DNA of 64,000 bases from an uncultured Draconibacterium sp. (GTDB taxonomy: Bacteria > Bacteroidota > Bacteroidia > Bacteroidales > FEN-979), in contig CAZPWZ010000001.1 of assembly GCA_964590675.1 (NCBI GenBank), positions 1,024-65,023 of the forward strand, read 5' to 3'. The notes under the pieces were generated by a model. It worked only from the letters and a program-made list of their open reading frames with translations. It searched no databases and was not told the origin of the DNA. Below are positions 27,204 to 34,908 of this stretch, piece after piece. A program made the position numbers and the translations under genes. Position 1 is the first letter of the stretch. Each line of letters starts with the position of its first letter.

Positions 27204-28186
27204 AATACAATCCGAAACTTTCCATATCCAAAAGTAGCGGTGGAGCCAACATGGATCCGCTCACCGGCCCAAAGCAGCTCCGACCAGGGTTCAATGGCTC
27301 CGGTATAGGTTATCTTACCTGTATAACCGTTAAGCCATTTCGCTTTTTCTTTCGTTTCAGTACCTGCGGAATTTCTTGTTTCCGAAGAGAAATGTTTGTG
27401 TTTTTTCCACACCAGGTGATGATCTTTGATGTTAATCCCCGATTCGATCTCACTTAAGGACTTTTCAATATCAAACCATGGCATTTTACAATAAATGGTC
27501 GCGATAAGTGCCAATCTTTTGAATATGGCTTTTGCAAAACGATCAAATTCAGGGATTGATTCTTCGTAATTTCCATTCGACTCAAGCCTCAGTGGCGTTT
27601 CAAAATGTAGCGTGACCTTGTTGTGGAGGCTTCGTTCCCGGGTGTTGGAAAGTGCATGAACAAAGGGCAACCCTATTGCAGGAAGGATCTCGAAAACCCC
27701 TGACTGATTTGTAAAGGAGAGATCAACCGGGTGAAATTTCTTATGGCCTTTGCCGATTCCTTCTTCACCCATTGCCCTTATTATTCCTGGTATATATGGT
27801 AGAAAGATTTCAGCGCTTTCTCCTATCAGTATCAGTTCGAACCAGAACCGGCTACCCTTGTCGAATTGGGCAGAGTTATCGGGCATGGGGTTAATGATAT
27901 AGGATTTTGGAGGTTTAGTGTACCTTCCATACCCTGGGTGATTCTTTTGAAGTTCATTGGAGAATAATTGAAAAAATGGACATTCGAATCGTACTTTACA
28001 CTGTTCGCATGGGGGCATCGTGTCAAATTTACAAACCTGTTTGCGAAATGCATCGCCCATACAACCTCTGAATGTAGCCCCCTTTGTGAACCTGGGCAGG
28101 ATAATCTCTTCATCGGCTTCGAAAGTAATCAAAAGCCTGATATAAGTAATCGATTCGATGATCTGGTCGATGATTCCGAAGGCCAT
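27200..28186 (-). CDS. cas6: Cas6-family crRNA endoribonuclease (stand-alone, Cys-rich N-terminal region)
   Basis: C-terminal glycine-rich loop HVGSTATFGYGKFRIVL. RAMP-like size (328 aa). ATGA overlap with RT-cas1. Cys cluster CKFDTMPPCEQCKVRFEC. Confidence 0.65.
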   Translation of the reverse strand: MAFGIIDQIIESITYIRLLITFEADEEIILPRFTKGATFRGCMGDAFRKQVCKFDTMPPCEQCKVRFECPFFQLFSNELQKNHPGYGRYTKPPKSYIINPMPDNSAQFDKGSRFWFELILIGESAEIFLPYIPGIIRAMGEEGIGKGHKKFHPVDLSFTNQSGVFEILPAIGLPFVHALSNTRERSLHNKVTLHFETPLRLESNGNYEESIPEFDRFAKAIFKRLALIATIYCKMPWFDIEKSLSEIESGINIKDHHLVWKKHKHFSSETRNSAGTETKEKAKWLNGYTGKITYTGAIEPWSELLWAGERIHVGSTATFGYGKFRIVL

Positions 28187-28265
28187 AAATTTCCGTTCTT
28201 TGCTGCTTAATAATTCTTATATATTTTCCTTGTCAGGTGCATTCATGTTTTAAGTAAGCAGTCAA

Positions 28266-29639
28266 TTAAGGATATAAAACATCATCAACGAAGTTGAATT
28301 TCCCGAATCCCCTCCTTGATTTTGCTCCCAGTCCAAACTCGCTGATCAGTCGTTTGATCAGCGTTAACTTATCCTCCTTACTTATCAACCCATCCACCAG
28401 CACAAGGTTAAATTGAAAAACAACACCCGGTAGTACTTTTAAAAAGGGGATGCTGGCCTTGGGACTTTGGTGGGGCTGGCCTTCCGGAGTAATACTGTCA
28501 ATCCCTAGAAACCTGCCACCCATGTTGTCAGAACGAACAGGAAACGAAGTCAAAAAATTATCTCTGGCCATCTTTTTGGTATCTGAACCAGACCTCTTAT
28601 TCTCTTTTGGAAACTCAAATAATTCATATAATAAATCATTTACTAGAATGCCATCTCCCTTTTCTTTCCTCGGATATGCGAGTAGGTTCATCTCTGACAG
28701 AATCTCAACAATGATTTCTGGCTGTTCCTCAAAAACACTTCGCAAAGCACCTTTCAGCGCTTCTCCTGGCAATACGGGCAACCCGGAGGTTTGATCAAAG
28801 TACATTCCCAATAATAGCTCACCTTTTGCGAAAGGTGTCCTCTCCGGAGAATCCGGAGTTGGGATGCCAAAATCATGCGGAATTCCTGTCCCGGATAAAA
28901 AACCGTCACCCGTTGTCCGCGCCAGGAAACTGAAATGAGTGATTAAATTACTCCTGTGTAATAACTCCTGGTCCAGTTGTAATTCGCCTATTTCCTGCTT
29001 GTATTCCGTCAGATTAAGAAGGCAAATGAGTTTATTCTGATTTTTAAAATAATTGGTATCACAATGGTCGAGTTCATCGAATGTATTCGGATAGTAATAT
29101 GTATAATAATACTGGCCTATATTAATTTTGTTTATCGCTTCGTATGAAGGAGAAACCAATGGTGGCATCTTTTTTTGCCTGATCAACTTGGGTTCTTCGC
29201 ATTCCAGCTGAGTAAAGGCACCGGCGGCTTTTTTCAGAACGGTCAATGCAGTCTCAATGAGTTCCCTTGCCATCCATCCCTCACCCCTGGTTTGCTTATT
29301 TTCGACAAAAAGTCGTAATGACATATTTGACGGGATGTTCCGGTTGCAGGAACAATCTCCTTGCCTACTCTCGCAATCCGGACATCCGTATCGCATCAAC
29401 TCTTCAGCAATAGCAACTTTCAAAACGGCCTTTGACAATTCTATATCCGACTTATACCTTCCATTACCAAAATTCCAAACCACCAGTGGCAATTCATAGT
29501 AATGCAACATGGTGAGGAACCCGGATATTTTATTGTCAAAAGTTTCCGGAATGCCCCATTTATGATCTTTTTCTTTCACAATTTCGCACTCATGCAGAAC
29601 AGCAAAAGCAGTTTTTACGATTTCTTCCGAGAATGGCAT
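28266..29639 (-). CDS. cmr6: Cmr6-like RAMP with an ~200-aa helical N-terminal extension (possible Cmr5/Cas11-Cmr6 fusion)
   Basis: The C-terminal half has GLPVLPGEALKGALRSVF and a terminal G-rich loop GLGAKSRRGFGKF. It sits last in the effector block. No separate small-subunit gene is present. Confidence 0.6.
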   Translation of the reverse strand: MPFSEEIVKTAFAVLHECEIVKEKDHKWGIPETFDNKISGFLTMLHYYELPLVVWNFGNGRYKSDIELSKAVLKVAIAEELMRYGCPDCESRQGDCSCNRNIPSNMSLRLFVENKQTRGEGWMARELIETALTVLKKAAGAFTQLECEEPKLIRQKKMPPLVSPSYEAINKINIGQYYYTYYYPNTFDELDHCDTNYFKNQNKLICLLNLTEYKQEIGELQLDQELLHRSNLITHFSFLARTTGDGFLSGTGIPHDFGIPTPDSPERTPFAKGELLLGMYFDQTSGLPVLPGEALKGALRSVFEEQPEIIVEILSEMNLLAYPRKEKGDGILVNDLLYELFEFPKENKRSGSDTKKMARDNFLTSFPVRSDNMGGRFLGIDSITPEGQPHQSPKASIPFLKVLPGVVFQFNLVLVDGLISKEDKLTLIKRLISEFGLGAKSRRGFGKFNFVDDVLYP

Positions 29640-29645
29640 AATTGA

Positions 29646-30551
29646 TTATTTAAGAATATTAAAATAACATGAACCATATCCCACGGATTTATTCGCACCT
29701 GCCTGGATACATTTACCATTCACTTCAGTTTCGAAGATGGTAATGTGGTCGGCGATTTCTGAATTGTCTTTTTTATACAGTACATCCGGTACACGTAAAT
29801 GCGTGATAAACCTTGTTCCCCGGGGGAGAAACTGTTCAACCCAAAGGTTGTTACTCTCGCCCCAATCAATCTTATTCCGGTGTTTAACCGGCAAGGCATC
29901 ATCGTTTGTCAGTTTTTCAAAATGATGTGGCTGGGTTATTACCAGGGTTTTTACCGTATCAGATTCATCAAAGACCACGTTACTTAACCACTCAGGCAAT
30001 ACTTTCGAGGGACCCTCAGTGAGTTGTGTGACAAATTTACCAAGTGTGGTCATTCGATTTATATTGATGTTTGAACCTGTATAAGCAAATATCGATGGAG
30101 TTTCTGATACATAATGTTCATTCCTGAAACTGATATAAAACTTGTGAAAATCATTCATAACAGTAGCATCAGGCTTGTAAATATCGATATCTTCATAAAG
30201 ACGGTCGAGGATTTCCCAGGATGTTACCAAAACAGTTGTGTTCATTCCTAAGGGGACAGGATGGATGGGTATCGGAATAGCCAGCAAATCAAGTTGCTTC
30301 GGGCCGTACTGCCCGACAGATAGCGCTGCACCGTTAAATCCCTCGGCTCCAAATGCTGCATCGATGAACTTCTGATTAGATGGTTTTTGCTCGAAATGCA
30401 TTTTCAGGGCCCCTTTGAAACTGGTACTTTCCACGCATGGAATGCCCCCCACATCTCGTTGCACTACTTTATCAATGCTGTCGGTCGAAGCGTTGGCCCG
30501 ACCCGGATGAAGATTTTCGATTGCCTTGGCTTGAAGAAAATAAAATTTCAT
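29646..30551 (-). CDS. cmr4: Cmr4 (Cas7-family backbone subunit)
   Basis: ENLHPGRANASTDSIDKVVQRDVGGIPCVESTSFKGALK matches the Cmr4 N-terminal pattern. C-terminal loop GANKSVGYGSCYF. Confidence 0.7.
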   Translation of the reverse strand: MKFYFLQAKAIENLHPGRANASTDSIDKVVQRDVGGIPCVESTSFKGALKMHFEQKPSNQKFIDAAFGAEGFNGAALSVGQYGPKQLDLLAIPIPIHPVPLGMNTTVLVTSWEILDRLYEDIDIYKPDATVMNDFHKFYISFRNEHYVSETPSIFAYTGSNININRMTTLGKFVTQLTEGPSKVLPEWLSNVVFDESDTVKTLVITQPHHFEKLTNDDALPVKHRNKIDWGESNNLWVEQFLPRGTRFITHLRVPDVLYKKDNSEIADHITIFETEVNGKCIQAGANKSVGYGSCYFNILK

Positions 30552-30558
30552 AGTTCAG

Positions 30559-31683
30559 TTATTTTATTCGGGTGAAACAATTATATCCAATCTTCTTAAA
30601 CTCGTCGTTATTGAGGAATGAAGTGTCGTCATCTTTCAGAAAAAGCACGGAACCTCGTTTCAACATGTACTTATTTTCTGACCGCCGGGTACTCCCTGAA
30701 ATTTCACTTTCCTTTGATTCCTTCTGGTTGATTGCGGCATAGTCCGTTGTATTTTTTACCGAAGATCGTATGTGCCTGAAAGGGGTGAATTGGTTTATTG
30801 CAAATAAGCAGCGTTCTTCAAAACCTGCTGAAACCATTGCGTCGCTCAATAGTAAAATTTTGTTCCCTTTGAGAGAACTATCATGTAAACACATTTGAAA
30901 ATCAGGCATCTCATCTGTTTCCTGAAAATGAACCAATACCTCTTTTTGTTCTTTTCCCATCACCGAAAAAATACGACTTTCGTTAACGGGCAATGTAGAT
31001 CCATCCGGAACCATTTCATCCACCTCCATCCAAAACCCGAAGGAGTATTCTTTTGGCATAACAAGAAACTCCTGCTTGTAAAAGGCCTCATCATCGGGGG
31101 TTCCATCCTTACTGTTGCGGTTGCCAGAAATCAAATGCCTTTTGAACACCTCCACGAGCGGGGTGAAAATGCCCGATGAATCGGTAAAGCCATCGGCAAA
31201 TCCCTCTTTGGCATTGAAGCCATCCAGGTAAAAAGCAGGGGTTCCCCCTTCGTTTCCATCCTTTTGTAAAAAAAGATGCGCTTTCCCAACATTCTTTCTT
31301 AAGGCAACGGGGATGAACTTGTTTTTACATGTTTCCACGAACTCGTTGGGGCGGTAAAAGAGTGGGGTCTCTTTATGAAAAAGAAATACCGGTGAAATAT
31401 CACGAATACGGCCGGTGGCACCTACCTGTTCGCTGTTTTCCCCAATCAGGTCAATAGCTTTATTAATCGCTTCATCACTGATCTTCCCACCGGCAGGGTA
31501 TAAAATACCATTGATTTGCAGTAAAAGATAACGCAGGAATCCGCGTACACCCGTTTGTTGTGGAAAATAATTACTATGTAGAAAATAGTTAGAGGTGTTT
31601 CCGAGTGGTCCCGTCTCTTCAAGGCCCTGGCCGAAGAAGAGAGAACCTGTGAATTTTACTTTAACCAGGAAGTATTTACTCAT
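30559..31683 (-). CDS. cmr3: Cmr3 (Cas5-family subunit)
   Basis: Position between cas10 and cmr4, with an 8-nt overlap with cas10. The N-terminal VKFTGSLFFGQG resembles the Cmr3 start. Confidence 0.55.
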   Translation of the reverse strand: MSKYFLVKVKFTGSLFFGQGLEETGPLGNTSNYFLHSNYFPQQTGVRGFLRYLLLQINGILYPAGGKISDEAINKAIDLIGENSEQVGATGRIRDISPVFLFHKETPLFYRPNEFVETCKNKFIPVALRKNVGKAHLFLQKDGNEGGTPAFYLDGFNAKEGFADGFTDSSGIFTPLVEVFKRHLISGNRNSKDGTPDDEAFYKQEFLVMPKEYSFGFWMEVDEMVPDGSTLPVNESRIFSVMGKEQKEVLVHFQETDEMPDFQMCLHDSSLKGNKILLLSDAMVSAGFEERCLFAINQFTPFRHIRSSVKNTTDYAAINQKESKESEISGSTRRSENKYMLKRGSVLFLKDDDTSFLNNDEFKKIGYNCFTRIK

Positions 31684-33238
31684 TTGTTTCGGAATTTAAA
31701 AAGTCAATAAAACGTATTGCAAAATAGACTAACTCAGCCTTTTTATCGGCCTCGGATGGAGCTAAATAGGCTTCTGAGATAACCTCACCCAGTCGTTTCC
31801 AATATCCTGCCTTTTTGAAGTCATGTTCACTGAAGTTTTTCTCGAGAAAATTGGACACCGTGCCACCATAAGCAACGGCATATTTCAGGAAAGGATGATA
31901 TTCAGCACTTTTTCTTCGGAATGAATTGTACTCCTCTTTTTCATTTTCGTTGACAACGCGAAAATCGATAATAAATGGAAAGATTTTGCCCAAATAAAAG
32001 AGATCTGATTTTTCAAAGCCTGTTTCGATTTGTTGACCAGAGTGTTTTTGCAGGGTTATGAAAAGTGAATTCTTTTTTTTGAATTGTCCCGACTTGGCCC
32101 TTTGAAGATTAAGGTAAGAGTTTTCAAAACTTTCCTTCAACGGATACTTGAAGAAATTCACCGAAATCCCAAAGGAAAAGGAGGGATCCACGATCTCATT
32201 GCCAAGTAACTTCGTGATGGATTCTTTATGCTTGGTTTCGAACTCCGTATCCAGTTTTTGGACCAATTCAAGGATGTTTTTCGCGTCTTTTCCATGGGGA
32301 TTGGCAAGCGGAGCAAAGAAGAGCAGGTCATCACCCCCGATGTAAACGGGAAATCCACCATAGGCTTTGATAATCTTCGCCGATGCAATACCGAATTGAT
32401 AAAGTGTTGCTGAGAAATCCATTATTTTATCGGCATCATGTCCGATAGAGGTAACAATTTTGCCCATATTATCGCCATCAGCATGTACCAGCGCAAAATA
32501 TTTGTGGAAGGGCTTGAACTCTTTACCAAAGGTGGTTTTACAGTTATTGGTAAACTGTTCAAGGCGTTCTTTTATCTCTTTAGATTGGGTTCTCTCGTAA
32601 CGATCAACATCACTGAAATGCTTTTTTATAAATGGCATGAAGTTATCGTGGCCGGAAAGAGATACAGCCGAAATTTCAAATAAAGATTCAAGGGTTTTAC
32701 TTTGCGGCCATCCGCTCTTCTTGTACAAGATAGTTTCGTTTACTTTTTCAAGGTATTCAAGAAGAACCTGGTTAATAGGAGGCATCTGGTTGAAGAGCTC
32801 CATGTTGTCTAATTGGGTAAAGAGCTTAAGGATGATGTTTTCTCCTTTTGGTATTTTGGCTTTGTAACCATGAATTTGGATGGCGTTTTGTAAAGTTTTA
32901 AGCACCTCCTCCCTTTTGGATTTTTCGGTATGTTTAAAGATGTTACAATAATCTGCTGCAATCTCGGTGAATACCTCTTTGATTTCATTGTGGATCCGTT
33001 CGATGGTCAGTTTTTCACCACTTTTATTCATTTCAAGGATAATCCTGTCGGGATATAAGCCAACAGGATATATTGCATCCTCTACATGAGGCAGGATGAC
33101 CCATTTTTTCAGACGCAATACCACCAGTTTAAAGATGGAAGAAAAAAGGAAACTGGCACCCCAGAGTTCGCGGGTTCGCCGTGCCTGCTTCAGGGTGGGG
33201 TAAATGGGACCAATGGTCAATCCGATGTATTCGCTCAT
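31676..33238 (-). CDS. cas10: Cas10/Cmr2, short form lacking the HD domain, cyclase palm motifs intact
   Basis: Begins MSEYIGLTIGPIYPTLKQARRTRELWGASFLFS, the motif that normally follows the HD domain. HADGDNMG is present, as is GGDD (codons 301-304, nt 32327-32338, checked as GGG GGT GAT GAC). Confidence 0.8.
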   Translation of the reverse strand: MSEYIGLTIGPIYPTLKQARRTRELWGASFLFSSIFKLVVLRLKKWVILPHVEDAIYPVGLYPDRIILEMNKSGEKLTIERIHNEIKEVFTEIAADYCNIFKHTEKSKREEVLKTLQNAIQIHGYKAKIPKGENIILKLFTQLDNMELFNQMPPINQVLLEYLEKVNETILYKKSGWPQSKTLESLFEISAVSLSGHDNFMPFIKKHFSDVDRYERTQSKEIKERLEQFTNNCKTTFGKEFKPFHKYFALVHADGDNMGKIVTSIGHDADKIMDFSATLYQFGIASAKIIKAYGGFPVYIGGDDLLFFAPLANPHGKDAKNILELVQKLDTEFETKHKESITKLLGNEIVDPSFSFGISVNFFKYPLKESFENSYLNLQRAKSGQFKKKNSLFITLQKHSGQQIETGFEKSDLFYLGKIFPFIIDFRVVNENEKEEYNSFRRKSAEYHPFLKYAVAYGGTVSNFLEKNFSEHDFKKAGYWKRLGEVISEAYLAPSEADKKAELVYFAIRFIDFLNSETNE

Positions 33239-33285
33239 ATTTTACTTCCTTTAAAGATCTTTAGGGAACCTGCTTTGATAATCTT

Positions 33286-34908
33286 TCATTTGCTTTCTTG
33301 TACTGTTAATTGCTGGTATTTATCACAGAGAGGGTGTCCGGCTTCATACTTTTTAGTGTTTGTAAGAATTTCAACAAAGCAATCTTTTAATCCGTGCAGC
33401 GGGATTTCGACTCCAAGTCTGCTGAAACCCTTAAAATTCAAGGCGTTCTTTTTATAAATAAATTCAAACCTTGCATCACGGAGGATTTCATTTACCGAAT
33501 CAACAATTATGAAAATCGTATTAAAAAACACCTTGAATTGTACAGGTGATGGTATGCGCTCGATATCCTTGTTCTCTGGTTTCACAGAAATGGTTATTTC
33601 TTGTTTATTATTAATCCATTTTCTATCCAGCAACCGATATTCATATTTTTCCGCCAGGCCTAACAGTACTCTGAAAAATTGATAAAAAGTTGGATGAGGT
33701 GGATCTGTTTCAAATCGCATTTCACCATTATTTTCTCTTAAATTTCTTTTAAGTAATTTAAAATCTTGCTCGTGGTCAATTTTCAATGCTTCTTTAATAA
33801 ACCTTTTTTCCCAACCGGTAGTATTGCCATATTGTCCGCAGAAATATTGCCAAAGTAATGATTTTTTATATGGCTTATTTTTTCCGCTTTTAAGTAGTTT
33901 CCAGTGATCCGTAATTATTTGTTCTAAAGATGAAAAATAATAATTGGTATCATTAAGTGCCTTTTCTGAAATCTCTTTTTGATGATGAGATGTATCTTTG
34001 AATAAAATATTTGTCGGATGTTCAACAATTATCTTATCCTTAAATTTCCATTCGCCATTTAACTCGTATCCCCAATACTTAGAATTAATAATGTCTCTCA
34101 AGCGTTGGAATTCCTCCTTTGAAGATCCATTTGGAATACTCAACTCCTCTTCTTTCTTACAAAAAGACACGAGATGTGTTGTACACAATGTAGAAATCTC
34201 CAATTCATCAATATTATGGCAGAAAACAATTTTATCCGAATTTTCTTCTTCCTTATCAGAATTAAAATACTTAAATAAAACTTTCTTAATGTCGTTTTCC
34301 GTTGACTCCTTCAGAGTAAAACAGCCAAACCCTTTTGAGCTATTATATCCCAAACCAGTAAGGATGAAAAACTCAGAAAGAGAATCCACAATAAATTTCT
34401 GAAGCCCTTTTGACGAGCAAGAAATAGCACCATGTACCTGCCGGTTTTCATAAAGAACATGAGCACGGTCCTGCATCATCGTCTTTCCGAGATATGAGGC
34501 TGTTTCGTCCACCTTGCATTCAAATGACAAATTGTAGTTAAAAGCGATGTTTTCCAGTTCTTTTTTGTTTCGGAACCAGCCGGCAAACTCACAACCACCT
34601 TCTTTACCCGCCCTGCACTTGCCCGTCTCCCCATCTTCATCCTGGCTCAGTACGCATGCCCCCGCATTCCATACTTTATCCCTGCAAATACCACAGGCTA
34701 CCCTGAACTTATTCCTGAATGCCTTTTCGGCTTCTTCCCCCTTATATCCGGTGTTCCTTTCTGCAAGAAATCTATTTAGCATCGGGGTTATTGCTTTGGA
34801 CTGTAATCCAGACCAGGACTCCAATCCAAGATGATGGATGATCGGGGTATGTTGAATTAAAGTGAAACTATACTTAGACATCTTAAAGCGGTTTTGGTAA
34901 AAATTCAT
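33286..34908 (-). CDS. cmr1: Cmr1-like RAMP protein with Cys cluster and large C-terminal extension
   Basis: Sits upstream of cas10 as in cmr operons. G-rich loop GLGYNSSKGFGCF at about residue 190. Cys-rich insert CGICRDKVWNAGACVLSQDEDGETGKCRAGKEGGCEFAGW. The remaining ~330 aa are unassigned. Confidence 0.45.
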   Translation of the reverse strand: MNFYQNRFKMSKYSFTLIQHTPIIHHLGLESWSGLQSKAITPMLNRFLAERNTGYKGEEAEKAFRNKFRVACGICRDKVWNAGACVLSQDEDGETGKCRAGKEGGCEFAGWFRNKKELENIAFNYNLSFECKVDETASYLGKTMMQDRAHVLYENRQVHGAISCSSKGLQKFIVDSLSEFFILTGLGYNSSKGFGCFTLKESTENDIKKVLFKYFNSDKEEENSDKIVFCHNIDELEISTLCTTHLVSFCKKEEELSIPNGSSKEEFQRLRDIINSKYWGYELNGEWKFKDKIIVEHPTNILFKDTSHHQKEISEKALNDTNYYFSSLEQIITDHWKLLKSGKNKPYKKSLLWQYFCGQYGNTTGWEKRFIKEALKIDHEQDFKLLKRNLRENNGEMRFETDPPHPTFYQFFRVLLGLAEKYEYRLLDRKWINNKQEITISVKPENKDIERIPSPVQFKVFFNTIFIIVDSVNEILRDARFEFIYKKNALNFKGFSRLGVEIPLHGLKDCFVEILTNTKKYEAGHPLCDKYQQLTVQESK

